Below are positions 17,255 through 28,630 of a DNA stretch of 47,480 nt, in pieces. The notes under the pieces are model-generated. The model searched no databases and had not been told where the DNA came from. It saw only the letters and a program-made list of their open reading frames with translations. The DNA is from a virus (taxonomy: Duplodnaviria; Caudoviricetes): IMG/VR virus record IMGVR_UViG_3300037962_000579, positions 1 to 47,480 of that record. The stretch is one strand, 5' to 3'. Position numbers and translations under genes: made by a program. Numbering within the stretch: position 1 is the first letter of the stretch; every line of letters begins with the position of its first letter.

Positions 17255-18886
17255 TTATTTTGGTAAATTACCTGTATCTATTCTACCTGTTTCAAGATTA
17301 AATCTAGGAAGAAATCTATTTTTTGTAATATTTCTTCTAGTAATTTCTTCAGGATCCATAAAATTTTTCTGAGCTTCTCTTATTATTTCTGAAAAAGCTG
17401 TACGCAGGTCGTCATTATCTTCGCCAAATTTTCCATCTCTCATTTTATTTAAGAAAGCCCCAAAACCTGCTTCTGTGGTTAAATTAAAGTCTCGGTTTTT
17501 TCCATCAACATTTAATGTAATAGTATTTCCGTCTCGACTTGTACTAACAAAAGTATCAGGGCTAAAGTTTTCTTTAACAAATAATTCAGGGTTACTGACT
17601 ATTAAATTATATTGTCGTGCAGCAAGTATTCTATCATCATCGCTAGCGCCGCCGCCACCAAAACCGCCGCCACTACCTCTTGTAGAATCGGGTTTTTCAG
17701 TTGTAACTTGACCTTTTCTAATAGCTCTACCATTTCGTTTATTATAACCAACACCCGCTCTGCTAGTTAAAAATTCTTGTTTTATATAATCGCTAACAAT
17801 ATCTAACGCAAACTGTTTATTGTTTTCAACAATTGTTTTTAATTTATCTTCTTTTATTTTACCGTTTTCGTCTAAAAATTCCTTATAAGCAGGGTTATCA
17901 GTTATATTTTTAGCTAAAACAAAGCTGCCATTATTAACTAACCCTTGCACTGTCATATATGCAGAAGGAAAATTATCATCACTAACTTCTCTAAATTGAT
18001 TTTTTGCAAAATTTTCAGCACCAGTTTCAATAGAATTATACCATGTATTAGTTGGTACGTTTGTTATTATATTTCCATCTGAATCTGTATCATATTTGGG
18101 AGTTGCTAATTGTTTAGTAAATACACTACCAAATTTTGCGTTTTGAATAGTATTATAAAAATTATATTTTAATTTAAAATTATCTTTTAAATATTCAGAA
18201 TCCATAGCTTCTGTATTAATAAAAAATACTTGCCCGTTTTTTGTTACATCAAAACCGCTTTTCATTACACCAGCTGCATTAAGCTTTCTACTTTTTTTAA
18301 TACTTTTAGGGTCAGAATTATTAATTTTAACAAAATCTATTAAAGATAAACCGGTTATCTTATTACCATTTACATCTAAAAAACTAGCATCTGAAACTTT
18401 AGAATCATATAATTGATCATCACCCACAGCTTCTAAATAAGCAGCTAAGTTTGTATATGCTTTTTTATCATTTAATAATTGACCTAATATTTGTTGTTGT
18501 GTTTCTTTATTTCCTTTTTTTACTGCCTGATTATATAAAGATTGATAATTTTTAAAATATTCTTTAGCATCAACAGATAAAAAATCATTATTTTTTAATT
18601 TAAGATATTGTCCTTCATCAAGTAAAAATTCATTACCTTCAACACTGTTAAATATATCAACCGTAGTATCTAATTTAGCAGGTTTAACAGGTTTATACTG
18701 TTCTCTAAAACTTTTTATAAAAGATTTAGCAAAAACACCTTCTTCCGGAATTATACTAATAGGTGATTCATAAGTGCTTCTAGCAGTTGTTTTAACGCTT
18801 TGAGTACTAGTAATACCTCCTATATTTGAAAGCCCTTTAACCTGATTCTTTACAAAATCGTCAATATTATTTGTGTGTTTTGACAT
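17255..18886 (-). CDS. Putative internal virion protein (543 aa)
   Basis: Located between two internal-protein-like genes; no motif recognised. Confidence 0.55.
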   Translation of the reverse strand: MSKHTNNIDDFVKNQVKGLSNIGGITSTQSVKTTARSTYESPISIIPEEGVFAKSFIKSFREQYKPVKPAKLDTTVDIFNSVEGNEFLLDEGQYLKLKNNDFLSVDAKEYFKNYQSLYNQAVKKGNKETQQQILGQLLNDKKAYTNLAAYLEAVGDDQLYDSKVSDASFLDVNGNKITGLSLIDFVKINNSDPKSIKKSRKLNAAGVMKSGFDVTKNGQVFFINTEAMDSEYLKDNFKLKYNFYNTIQNAKFGSVFTKQLATPKYDTDSDGNIITNVPTNTWYNSIETGAENFAKNQFREVSDDNFPSAYMTVQGLVNNGSFVLAKNITDNPAYKEFLDENGKIKEDKLKTIVENNKQFALDIVSDYIKQEFLTSRAGVGYNKRNGRAIRKGQVTTEKPDSTRGSGGGFGGGGASDDDRILAARQYNLIVSNPELFVKENFSPDTFVSTSRDGNTITLNVDGKNRDFNLTTEAGFGAFLNKMRDGKFGEDNDDLRTAFSEIIREAQKNFMDPEEITRRNITKNRFLPRFNLETGRIDTGNLPK

Positions 18887-18903
18887 ATTTATTTATTTAA
18901 ACA

Positions 18904-19617
18904 TTACATATCGCCCAATCCGCTGCCGCCAAAATCGCCTCTTGACTGATTGTTATTACCTGAAGTTTCGCCCATGCCACCATTATTATTACCGCCTTGA
19001 TTAAACCCGCCGCTTAAAGCAAAACCACCTAAAGCGCCAAAAGCAGTACCAAGTCCAGCAAATTGTGCTTGTCTTCCAGCTTCTGCTCGCGCCTGAGCAT
19101 TCATAATTTGTTGTTGAGCTCTATTTAATTGTTGTAATTCTCTTCTTTCTTGTTGGCCAAATACAAAGCTTCTTCCTTTAACTTCTGCTTCATAAAGTTG
19201 TCTTTGTAATGCAGCTTCTCCTTGAGCTCTTAATTGTGCGTTTTTAGCTTCTTGTTGTTCAATACTAGCTGCAACACCTTGTTTAGCTTTTAAAGCTGCT
19301 GCGGCAAGCGCTGTAGCCCCTCCTGCGCCTGTTCCTGTAGCTCTTAATGTATCTAACGCACTAGCAAGCGATAAATCTGTTTGTTGTGCCTGCATTTCTG
19401 CTGCTTGTGTAGCAACAGTTAAATTAGCAAAGGGATTTGAAAGTTGTGATGCTGCTCCTGCAAAAGGATTTATAATATCTTGTCTGCCTGCTTCAAGTTC
19501 ACTTAACCTTTGCTGTGCTTCTCTTTGTCTTCTTTGGGCTTCTCTTCTTCTTCTACCGCCGCCAATTGCTTGAAATATGCCGCCTAGAGCTTGTACACCG
19601 AGTGCTACTGGATCCAT
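18904..19617 (-). CDS. Putative internal virion/ejection protein (Ala/Gln/Gly-rich)
   Basis: MDPVALGVQALGG N-terminus, helical AQ-rich body, Gly-rich hydrophobic C-terminus, as in podoviral small ejection proteins. Confidence 0.6.
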   Translation of the reverse strand: MDPVALGVQALGGIFQAIGGGRRRREAQRRQREAQQRLSELEAGRQDIINPFAGAASQLSNPFANLTVATQAAEMQAQQTDLSLASALDTLRATGTGAGGATALAAAALKAKQGVAASIEQQEAKNAQLRAQGEAALQRQLYEAEVKGRSFVFGQQERRELQQLNRAQQQIMNAQARAEAGRQAQFAGLGTAFGALGGFALSGGFNQGGNNNGGMGETSGNNNQSRGDFGGSGLGDM

Positions 19618-19623
19618 AATTAA

Positions 19624-21039
19624 TTAGTATAATGATTGTTCATAATTAAAACCTACTGAAAATAGTTCAGCATGCTTTGTTTTATCTGTTTTATATAAAT
19701 TTGTTACAGGCTCATGCTCTAATATAACATTTGCAAAGAAACCTTTAACTCCTGTTATATCTATATTAGCAACGCCTGTTTTTACTTTTGATGATGTTAT
19801 TTGTGCATTATTATTATAAACAACTATATTGTTTTGTTTTAAATGCGCATAATATTTTTTTTCTATAGGCGTAAAACCAATATATCTATTGCCTCTTCTG
19901 CCTGTAATGCTTCCTGGTATCATATATGCAACCGCGTTGTTATCATCATCAACCGGTGCAGCAAAACTAGTCATTTTCCAGTTTTGAGTACCTTCATAAT
20001 TTATACCGCCATATTGTTTTACAAGTGACGGATTTTGATTTGTAATAAGCTCAACAATACTTGGGCTAAAAACACCGTAAAAAGTATTTTTATTATTATT
20101 AGTATAATGTTGATATACTCTTCCTTTATTACCTGTAAAAAACTTATTTTTTACGCTAACACCAAATTTAGGTTCATAACTAAAAAATGATGTCCACCCA
20201 TTTACTCTGTCATCAAAGGTAATAGTTTTATATGACTCTTGATTATTAGTTATTAAACTTGTTGTAAAATTAGTACCATTATAAGTAGTTGATATACTTG
20301 GGCGTGCAAAATTATTATTACTTGTAATTGATAAAACGTACGACTTAGTATGCACGTCAAACATTCCATAAGCTCTATGAACTTGTTTTAATGTATCTTT
20401 AAAAAAATCAGACATACCATACGATGATATTTCAGTTATGCCATCGCGTGATAATCTTAATACAACGCCTCTATCTGCATCTGTAAAATATTTTCTATAA
20501 CCAAACTGCGCAAAGCTTTCAGGATTTTTACTAATACCATATTCACCAGCATAAGGTGCTATTTGTCCTATAACAACTTTAGCTGTAGTAGATATTTGTC
20601 CGCCTTCGGCTGTAAATATAGCGTCTTTATCAATTAATGCTCTACTAACTTTATTTTCTTGAAATATAGTTAAATTAGATTCTTCAGCATATAACTTTTG
20701 TATAGAACCATCTGCAATATCAACAGCTTTTGTTATGCTTTCACCAATAGAAAACACATTTGTATCATTTACGCCTGTTCTTGCGTTAAATATACCTGAA
20801 TATATTAAAGCATTTTCTCTATGCTCGCGCTTATACTCTTTATCGACTATATAAGCTCTTAAACCTAAGCCAACAGAAGGTTCATTAAAGCCACCTTTTA
20901 TTCTTGATTCTTCTATATGAAAAGTAGGATTAACCCCTGTTGTTTCTGCACCAGCTGCTGGAAAAGCTTTTGATTGTACCTCAATGCTTTCTCTTAATAT
21001 AAAGGTGTTAAAATATTTTATTTTTAATGTAGCTGACAT
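19624..21039 (-). CDS. Tail stabilization/nozzle-like structural protein
   Basis: GEYGISKNPESFA..G..KYFTD..RG.VLRLS..GITEIS, GWTSFFSY.P; resembles crAss-like/P22 gp10-type tail proteins. Confidence 0.65.
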   Translation of the reverse strand: MSATLKIKYFNTFILRESIEVQSKAFPAAGAETTGVNPTFHIEESRIKGGFNEPSVGLGLRAYIVDKEYKREHRENALIYSGIFNARTGVNDTNVFSIGESITKAVDIADGSIQKLYAEESNLTIFQENKVSRALIDKDAIFTAEGGQISTTAKVVIGQIAPYAGEYGISKNPESFAQFGYRKYFTDADRGVVLRLSRDGITEISSYGMSDFFKDTLKQVHRAYGMFDVHTKSYVLSITSNNNFARPSISTTYNGTNFTTSLITNNQESYKTITFDDRVNGWTSFFSYEPKFGVSVKNKFFTGNKGRVYQHYTNNNKNTFYGVFSPSIVELITNQNPSLVKQYGGINYEGTQNWKMTSFAAPVDDDNNAVAYMIPGSITGRRGNRYIGFTPIEKKYYAHLKQNNIVVYNNNAQITSSKVKTGVANIDITGVKGFFANVILEHEPVTNLYKTDKTKHAELFSVGFNYEQSLY

Positions 21040-21040
21040 A

Positions 21041-24000
21041 TTATAAATTAGGGTTTAATCTTACTAAATGAACATTTGGAACATTAAATTTAATTGCATC
21101 TGAACCTTGACCTCTGCTGCTTTCAAAATATAAACGATACGCTATTCCTTCAGCGGCTTGATCTCTACTCCAACTAATAATTCCATTGCTATCTTTATTT
21201 TTATATATAATTATAGGCGTTTCATGCAAAAGATGCGTTTGAGTATCATTATCCCCAAGCACACCGCTGCTAGGTCTAGGCAAATAATTGCTAATACTAC
21301 CGGCATCATTATAAGCTAATATCGCTCCCGTGCCAGAAGCTTCAGAACCTCCATGAGTAGCTACAGATATAGTATCATTCCAGGCAAAAGACGGCATTGC
21401 TTTCTTTTTTGTTTTAGCTGTATTACTTGTAATATCAAAACCTCCAACTGAATTACCGTTTTTATCATTATATTGTTCACTAAATAAATGTATATCGCCT
21501 CCAAGCTCTCGTAAGTTTTTAACACCGTGTTTTGTAGCATCAGCGTTTTTAAAAGTACTTATAAAATTATCATAAACATATGGTGAATTATTTGTTGTTT
21601 GATCTCCAGCCGTGCCTGAAAGTCCGCTTTTGCATAAATATTCGCCATCAATATCTATTTTTAAAAAGTTATTTTCAATATTAGCATTCCCGCCTTCACC
21701 AGGTAATAAAGCAAACCCAAATAATTTATCATCATACTTATAATGATTTTGTGACATATTATTTGCACTAATTAACATAACGGCTATTGGAATATTTGCT
21801 GTTTGCGGCGATTGACCGCTTTTTTGTATACAAGTAGTATTGCTAGGATTTATTATTTTATTTATTGTTGGTAATTCATTTGTTAAATTATCTAAATCAA
21901 TTGAAAAATTACCAGAAGAAGAAGTAATATTATTAGTTCTTGTGCCTTGTCTATCTGGAAAACTATAAGCAGCAAATGTAATTCCTTTACCTTTATCAGT
22001 AATAGTATTACCGTTTTTGGTTCTTTGGTTTATTAAACCTAAATTAGGAACAGTATTTGTAACTTCATTATACCAATGTTTCGACGCGTTAGCTACATCG
22101 TTATCATTTTCTGCAAAGTTTTCTTCAGGTATTGTAAATATAGAATAGCCTTTATTATTGATTACTATTTGTTCTGTTATTTCTTTTCCACCGTTGTTTA
22201 ACGCTGAATCAATGCCTTCTAAATCAAAATTAATTACATTGTCACAAATAAATACAATTAAATCTAAATCGCCCAAAAAAACTTTTTCTAAAACTAACTC
22301 ACCTGTTTCATGGTTTATTTTAACACTGCCAGTATCATCAACATTTTGTATAGCTCCTGTATTAACATTACCTGCTCTAAAATAAAAACCTATACCTTCT
22401 TTACTAATAGGAGCTGCACCATTATTAGCATCTAAAATAGTAATTGTATCTCCAACTCCAGCGTCTTCTAAATCAAAAACATTTGTAGAGCCACTAAGGA
22501 CAATTAAAGGTCCTTCATTTGTTAAATTAGCAACAGCAGTATCTGTAAAGCTTTCATTAGTATTTTTATCAGTTACAGTAAACTTAAATTTAAAAACAAA
22601 ACTACCAGTAGTTACTCCGCTGTATACGAAGTTTTTTGTGCACTGTAAAATGTAAAGATTAGAAGTATCTTTTGTTACTTGAAAATCATTAGTAACAATT
22701 TCAGGTTGATTTTCATCTTTTACCGCTTCTGCTTTATTTAAAACTAAATCATGTGTAAGACTATTAAATGTATCTCCTAATGATGAGCCAATATTTATAT
22801 TAGCAATTTTTGTAGGCGTTGATTTTGTATAATCTTTACCTTCTGTAAAAGTATTAGTAGTATCACTAAATGATATTTTATTAGGGCTATTATATACCGC
22901 AATATCTTCATTTAATTCATGTATATATCCCGAAGTTGCCGTTTCATAATATATATCAAGCGCTGATTCAAAAGGTTCTGTTTCAAAAACGTGTAAAGTA
23001 TCGCCCGGTATATAGTTAAAAACAGGAAAATCATATGCGGTTTTTTTAGTCGCACTACTAGTTCCTATATTAAGTGTGCTATTAATAGATTTAGTAGAAA
23101 CTCCTTCATACGTTTCGACATCTATATTTCCATCAGCTGTTATTTTAGGGCTAGATATTGCAGTTACTTTAACAAGATCTTTATCTGCTCCTCTTAAAAA
23201 ATCACCTACAACTATTTTTGTTGCTGTATCAGCGGTATTACTACTTGCGGCAAAAGTAATACTTGCATCATTATCATCAATTTGTTTCATTGAATCATTT
23301 GTAACTTCAAATCTTTCATTAGCAGGTAAAGTAAAAGTATGAATAGCAGTATTTGCTTTATCAATACCAAAACTTTTTGTTTCAGAAACATACGGTATTT
23401 GTGCTAATAAATGATTCTTTTCAGGTTCAAATATAAAATTATAAACATGCCCATTTTTATTTACCAAAGATTGCTCTTTAGCGGTTCCAACACTTATAAC
23501 ATCTATAATACCACTATTGCTCTGTACTTGGTCAGAAGAAGTTCCTAAGCTTATTACTTTTGGAAATAAACGTGTTTTACTTGTGCTTAGTCCTTTTTCT
23601 TGCTCATTAGCAAATTCTTTATCTCTGGTTACTTTATTAATGCTATCACCTAATATAGGAAAATAACTTTTTTCTTCGCTAGTTTCTTGAAAATTAAATA
23701 CACCCGGTGTATATACATTATAGTAATCTTGTTCTTGTTGTTTTACGACTATTCTATAAGAATACCAACCATAAGGTGATATTTTGTATTTAAATATTAT
23801 TTTTTGTTGCCCACCTTTTATAGCGTCATGTGCTATTACATCATCACAAACTAAACGCACAGTACTAACTCCAGTAACTTTTACAAAATCTCTATACCTA
23901 CCTTTTATAAAATCGCCTACGCTAAAATTATCAGTTAAAAAAACTCCACTACCTGTGTTTATATTTTCTGCTGTAAGTTGATTACCGCTAATCATCACAA

Positions 24001-25753
24001 GAACGTCTTCTGGTATATCTATTTGAGTGCCTTGCGCGTAAGTATCTGGTATTGGTTCATTAAAAGTTATATTTAAAGCATCACCACAAAATGAGGCATT
24101 ACCAGGAGTTGTATCATTAATAACTGTTCCGTTATCCCATGAGCTAGCATTAAACGTTGAAGATTTACCTTCTACAAATACGTTACCTGCTTTTGTTGTT
24201 GAAGTTAATACAGGTGATTGTCTTCCATATTTATCAGAAAGAACAACACCTACTTCATAATTTCTTTTTTGTTTTATAGAGTGAAAACTATATTCTGTAT
24301 GTAAATAAGTTGTTGTATCAAACTTAGCGCTAGAACTAGCTACAAAATCTAAACCTGTTATATTATTACGTATAGGTAATTCTCTATCCTGTACAAAATT
24401 ACCATATACAACTCTGCTTCCAACTATTTCTTGTGCTTTTGCGTTTAAAGGTACGTTGTCATAAACTCTTGTTGTTTCTCTTTCTGGCAAAGTTTTATAA
24501 GGAAGTGTAGATTTATATGTGTATTCTAAATAATTACGAAAAAAATTTAAAGCATCTGAACCTGTTTCCTCAGGTGTCATTACTTGACTTTTAAACGTTG
24601 TATCAGGTAAACTTAATGTTTCTACAGACCTTATTAAATTATTATTAGATTCACGATATAAAATTTCTATATCAGTAATATTAAAATCTTTATTAGGTGT
24701 ACTAGAAGGCATACGAATAAACATTTTAATACTGTTTATAGAGTTAACCATACCTTTAGAATCACCAGTACTTTCGTCTTGAAAATATGGTTTACCTTTT
24801 TTAAATATTTGTTTTTGTATAGCTGTAGTAAGCTCTGTTGTTTCAGGTATAAAACAAGCTTGAGTAAACGGTGCTATTGTAGAAAATTCACCGTCTGCAA
24901 ATTTAAATCTATAAGAAAATTGTACAAATTTTTCTTTTAAAAAATCACCATTTACATCATTAGCAATAGTACCATCAGATGTTAAACCACTTTGATTTTG
25001 TACAAGCATTAATGTATTAGCATCTAATATACCTTCAGGTGGGTTTTGTTCATTGTAATTTAAAAGTTGCGGCGCAAAAAACGGTGCAAACTTCGCAACA
25101 GATATTTTATCTTCACTGTCATAATATGTATTATCTTGTAAAGCTTTTCTAACATTTATTTTTCTAGGTTGATTAAAACCATCTGTAAAAAATAATAAAT
25201 CATCTATTAAATTAACACCTGTTATTAAAAAATCTTTATGAAAATTTAAAAACTTACCTGATACAATTTTTTTAGTAATATTTTCTGTACCTATTTCAAC
25301 AACATATATTGCACAAAAGTTACTATCATCTGCCATAGAAGGTCCGATTGGCTCGCCGTTGTTATTTATTTCACCCACTAAACCTGTTGGAATTGAGCTT
25401 GTTTGATTGGTATAATTAATATTATTTATAATTGTTGTTGTATTAAACGGAAAGTCTGTAACAAAATAAAATATTCTATTATTTTTTTCATCAGCATAAA
25501 AACCAATTATTTCAGCGTTGTTTTTAACAGCAATTAAATCATTAGTTGTAAGTGCTGCTAATTCTGTTTCGCTTGCTTGATCCATGCTTACTAAAGAATT
25601 ACCTAAAACATTTTGTATAGTACCAACATCCGAATTTTCAGACGTAGTAATTTGTATGTTCTGAGCTTGTCTGTATTCTCCATTGGGCAATAATCTTGAA
25701 TCAATATCAAGATTCATTTTACCCTGAAGAAATACTTTTTTATCTTCAGCCAT
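21041..25753 (-). CDS. Large tail structural protein (1570 aa)
   Basis: FLQGKMNLDID.RL.PNGEYR.A.N start, LLFFTDGFNQPRKIN, QFSYRFKF.DGE; beta-rich. Confidence 0.65.
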   Translation of the reverse strand: MAEDKKVFLQGKMNLDIDSRLLPNGEYRQAQNIQITTSENSDVGTIQNVLGNSLVSMDQASETELAALTTNDLIAVKNNAEIIGFYADEKNNRIFYFVTDFPFNTTTIINNINYTNQTSSIPTGLVGEINNNGEPIGPSMADDSNFCAIYVVEIGTENITKKIVSGKFLNFHKDFLITGVNLIDDLLFFTDGFNQPRKINVRKALQDNTYYDSEDKISVAKFAPFFAPQLLNYNEQNPPEGILDANTLMLVQNQSGLTSDGTIANDVNGDFLKEKFVQFSYRFKFADGEFSTIAPFTQACFIPETTELTTAIQKQIFKKGKPYFQDESTGDSKGMVNSINSIKMFIRMPSSTPNKDFNITDIEILYRESNNNLIRSVETLSLPDTTFKSQVMTPEETGSDALNFFRNYLEYTYKSTLPYKTLPERETTRVYDNVPLNAKAQEIVGSRVVYGNFVQDRELPIRNNITGLDFVASSSAKFDTTTYLHTEYSFHSIKQKRNYEVGVVLSDKYGRQSPVLTSTTKAGNVFVEGKSSTFNASSWDNGTVINDTTPGNASFCGDALNITFNEPIPDTYAQGTQIDIPEDVLVMISGNQLTAENINTGSGVFLTDNFSVGDFIKGRYRDFVKVTGVSTVRLVCDDVIAHDAIKGGQQKIIFKYKISPYGWYSYRIVVKQQEQDYYNVYTPGVFNFQETSEEKSYFPILGDSINKVTRDKEFANEQEKGLSTSKTRLFPKVISLGTSSDQVQSNSGIIDVISVGTAKEQSLVNKNGHVYNFIFEPEKNHLLAQIPYVSETKSFGIDKANTAIHTFTLPANERFEVTNDSMKQIDDNDASITFAASSNTADTATKIVVGDFLRGADKDLVKVTAISSPKITADGNIDVETYEGVSTKSINSTLNIGTSSATKKTAYDFPVFNYIPGDTLHVFETEPFESALDIYYETATSGYIHELNEDIAVYNSPNKISFSDTTNTFTEGKDYTKSTPTKIANINIGSSLGDTFNSLTHDLVLNKAEAVKDENQPEIVTNDFQVTKDTSNLYILQCTKNFVYSGVTTGSFVFKFKFTVTDKNTNESFTDTAVANLTNEGPLIVLSGSTNVFDLEDAGVGDTITILDANNGAAPISKEGIGFYFRAGNVNTGAIQNVDDTGSVKINHETGELVLEKVFLGDLDLIVFICDNVINFDLEGIDSALNNGGKEITEQIVINNKGYSIFTIPEENFAENDNDVANASKHWYNEVTNTVPNLGLINQRTKNGNTITDKGKGITFAAYSFPDRQGTRTNNITSSSGNFSIDLDNLTNELPTINKIINPSNTTCIQKSGQSPQTANIPIAVMLISANNMSQNHYKYDDKLFGFALLPGEGGNANIENNFLKIDIDGEYLCKSGLSGTAGDQTTNNSPYVYDNFISTFKNADATKHGVKNLRELGGDIHLFSEQYNDKNGNSVGGFDITSNTAKTKKKAMPSFAWNDTISVATHGGSEASGTGAILAYNDAGSISNYLPRPSSGVLGDNDTQTHLLHETPIIIYKNKDSNGIISWSRDQAAEGIAYRLYFESSRGQGSDAIKFNVPNVHLVRLNPNL

Positions 25754-25756
25754 CTA

Positions 25757-26653
25757 TTAGTGTTTAATTCGTTTTGATTTTCCTCGCATAACTTGAGCTA
25801 TTTCAATAGACTTCAAATTAGACAATCTTATTTTAGCATTACGTATTGCCGCTCTTCTTTCTTTTTTATATCGCTGCACTATATATTCTGGTATACCTCT
25901 TTTATTTGAAAGTATAGCGTAAGCAATAATTTTATATAAAGCTTCTTCAGCTAATTTATTAATTCTCATTTCTTCAGTGGTAGCAATACCATCTGATATA
26001 TATTCTATGTGAATAGTTTTGCCTGATAAATCACTGCTAAAATTAAAAGAGTTTGTTCTATAATTTATAGTATAAAAACCATTAACCATAGTAATTTCAG
26101 GTTCTTTACCATATCTTTGACCAAAATTTAATTGCCCATAAAGATCTTGGTCAACATCAAAATTTAATTTATCTTGCTCTATTATATCTTCTTTTGTTGC
26201 TTCTTTAAATCTTTGTTCTGCAACCGAATCACTAGCTTCTATAACTTTACCGTCGCTTGTATATATAAAACCAAAGTTTTCATCTTGTATAGGTAAAAAG
26301 CTTGCGTTGCTTGATAATCTTGTTTTTTGTATTGGTCTTTTTACACCTGAGTCATCTATATAGTTTACAGAAATATAATTAACGTAGTCTTGCGGTATTG
26401 GTATTGCAAGCGTAGCCGTGTTTAAAGTTACTTCAATTGCTTTTTGACTTTTTAAAACGTCATAGTTTAATTCTTGCATACCTCTTTGCGCATGAAATAT
26501 AATATCTGTTCTTGATACATTATCAATAATTTTACCATCACCAACATAACCAATAATAAAATTTTCAACTATGTTTTGAAAGCTTATGTATTGATATGTA
26601 CCGAAGTTATCACCTTCGTAATATGTTTCTTGTGTATCTTTAAGTAAAGCCAT
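25757..26653 (-). CDS. Tail ring/adaptor-like structural protein
   Basis: IPQDYVNY and IEYISDG motifs; position downstream of the head genes. Confidence 0.6.
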   Translation of the reverse strand: MALLKDTQETYYEGDNFGTYQYISFQNIVENFIIGYVGDGKIIDNVSRTDIIFHAQRGMQELNYDVLKSQKAIEVTLNTATLAIPIPQDYVNYISVNYIDDSGVKRPIQKTRLSSNASFLPIQDENFGFIYTSDGKVIEASDSVAEQRFKEATKEDIIEQDKLNFDVDQDLYGQLNFGQRYGKEPEITMVNGFYTINYRTNSFNFSSDLSGKTIHIEYISDGIATTEEMRINKLAEEALYKIIAYAILSNKRGIPEYIVQRYKKERRAAIRNAKIRLSNLKSIEIAQVMRGKSKRIKH

Positions 26654-27738
26654 TAATTATTTTCTTGAGTAGTTTGTATTTGTTTTTCTTGTACTGCTTG
26701 TTGAACAATACGTATATCGTTTATAGTAATACCTGAGTATTGTAATATTCTAAGTATTAAATCTATTTCATCACTTGGGTGTAAAGTAAAATCTACACCG
26801 CTACCTGTGCTTGTATATACAGGTGTACCAAATTCACTTGTATTTGTAGTAAATGCATAATAGGGGTCTTCGGGCACACTTATATAATCTAATGTTACAT
26901 TTCCTAAACTCCAAGTGCCAGTGCTTTGTGCAGGTTCTATAACTAAATCATTATCTCTAGTATAATATACAGGAAAAGTTTCTGTTGGGGCTGTAAGTGG
27001 TGAAGAAACTAAATATGTTAGTTTATGTTTGTCTATTTTTTCTATAGACTTTGTTCTATTAGATACAGTTAAATCTATTATTTTATAAATATCAGATGTA
27101 CTAAATGCAGAATTAGTTGTACTAGATGTTGTTGTAGGCAAAGTAAATACACCTAAATCTGTAGCAATATCACCTTGTGAACTTGTATTAAAAGTTATTT
27201 GTGTATCTAAACCAGATGTGTCGCCTATGCTGCTTGCATTTATAGCTAAATTTTCAGAAGCTGCGTAACCTGAACCTGGATTTACTATAATAAGAGATAT
27301 AACTGTTTTGTTTTCAACAATTACTGTACAAGTAGCAGTTGACGTGCCTCCAGATATTTTTATTATCGGTACGTTTGTATATGTACCGTCAACATAATTA
27401 TCATTTTGTGTATTTGCAAAACTTCTAGAATTTGCATCGTCTATAAATTCTGTATTAGGTATTAATGAACCTGTAACTGTTAAACCATTAGTATTGGTTT
27501 TATAAAATACATCTATTTTATCACGTATTCTTTCGGGTATATCAGCATAATCACTGCCAACACCGCCTCTTTTTTCTCTAAATAAGGCTCTGTTATAATC
27601 TTCAAAAGCTTTTTCTAACAAATCTAACTGTGCTAACCTAGCTATTTTGTTGAAGTTGTCGGGTGTTAAGTACCCACCACCATTTTTATTTATAATATAT
27701 AAAACAGTAGTATAAACTTGGTCAACGCTTATCGCCAT
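26653..27738 (-). CDS. Tail ring/adaptor-like structural protein with a beta-rich insertion
   Basis: VYTTVLYIINK..GGYLTP..FN..A start; internal VNPGSGY segment. Confidence 0.6.
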   Translation of the reverse strand: MAISVDQVYTTVLYIINKNGGGYLTPDNFNKIARLAQLDLLEKAFEDYNRALFREKRGGVGSDYADIPERIRDKIDVFYKTNTNGLTVTGSLIPNTEFIDDANSRSFANTQNDNYVDGTYTNVPIIKISGGTSTATCTVIVENKTVISLIIVNPGSGYAASENLAINASSIGDTSGLDTQITFNTSSQGDIATDLGVFTLPTTTSSTTNSAFSTSDIYKIIDLTVSNRTKSIEKIDKHKLTYLVSSPLTAPTETFPVYYTRDNDLVIEPAQSTGTWSLGNVTLDYISVPEDPYYAFTTNTSEFGTPVYTSTGSGVDFTLHPSDEIDLILRILQYSGITINDIRIVQQAVQEKQIQTTQENN

Positions 27739-27752
27739 ATTCTTTATGTATT

Positions 27753-27786
27753 ATAGCTTTGGCCCTAATTAAAGGGCCGTTGCTAT
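27753..27786 (-). terminator. Intergenic stem-loop
   Basis: GGCCCT-AATTAA-AGGGCC with outer ATAGC/GCTAT pairing; weak U-tract. Confidence 0.45.
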
Positions 27787-27793
27787 TAGTTAA

Positions 27794-28555
27794 TTATTTT
27801 AATTTCTTTTCTATAGACTTGAAAACTTCTACGCCTTCATCTGTCTTTAGAAATGCTGCAAATGCAGAATAAGGATTTTCATCAAACGGTATTGTCATTA
27901 ATTTTTTACCGTTACTTCCCCATTTAAATGTTCTTTGATCTTGCGAAAGTTTTATAATATTTAACTCTTGAGCTTTTATAGCTAAGTTTCTAAGTTGAAC
28001 ATTATCATCATTTACAAGTTCTAAAAATAAAAGCGGATTGTTTTTAGCAAATAAATATAAATCACGCTTTAATTCTGCGCTACTCATATTACTTACTGAT
28101 GAACCCAATTCTACTCTAAGTATTGCTTCTGCTTGATCTATATCTATACTTATAGCTGTATTTAAAGCTTGCATTTCTGTTTCAATAGATATAAGATCTT
28201 CTTTTGCTTCTGCAACTTCATCTTTTTCTTCATATACATAACCTTTTTTAGGGTGATATAATGAAAGTAATTTTTGTAAAGGTTGATTTTCTTTTGGTAC
28301 ATTAAGAACACCATCTTCAAATATAATGTGGTCTAGTATTACATTGTTATCTTGCTCGTCTATAAAACAAGATTTTTGATTACTAGCATAACGTATCTCT
28401 CTGTTATAACCTTTTTCTTCATCAAACCATAATAATGGTTTTCTAGGTGTAGACTTTGAAGCCAACACATAGCTTAATGGTTCATTAGAACCTTTTAGAT
28501 AATAAAATCTATCTTTTATCTCCCATTTAGGAGCTGTTTTTGTTTTTGTTTCCAT
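27794..28555 (-). CDS. Conserved head-region protein (253 aa)
   Basis: Long ORF with typical codon usage, two genes downstream of the MCP. Confidence 0.7.
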   Translation of the reverse strand: METKTKTAPKWEIKDRFYYLKGSNEPLSYVLASKSTPRKPLLWFDEEKGYNREIRYASNQKSCFIDEQDNNVILDHIIFEDGVLNVPKENQPLQKLLSLYHPKKGYVYEEKDEVAEAKEDLISIETEMQALNTAISIDIDQAEAILRVELGSSVSNMSSAELKRDLYLFAKNNPLLFLELVNDDNVQLRNLAIKAQELNIIKLSQDQRTFKWGSNGKKLMTIPFDENPYSAFAAFLKTDEGVEVFKSIEKKLK

Positions 28556-28578
28556 AATATAATATAATTAAATAGTTA

Positions 28579-28615
28579 AAATAAAAGCCTAAGGGGCCGA
28601 AGCCCCTTTTGCTTT
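28579..28615 (-). terminator. Rho-independent terminator after the capsid genes
   Basis: AAGGGGC-TTCG-GCCCCTT (cUUCGg tetraloop) followed by AGGCTTTTATTTT. Confidence 0.75.
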
Positions 28616-28630
28616 CATTGATTAATTGAC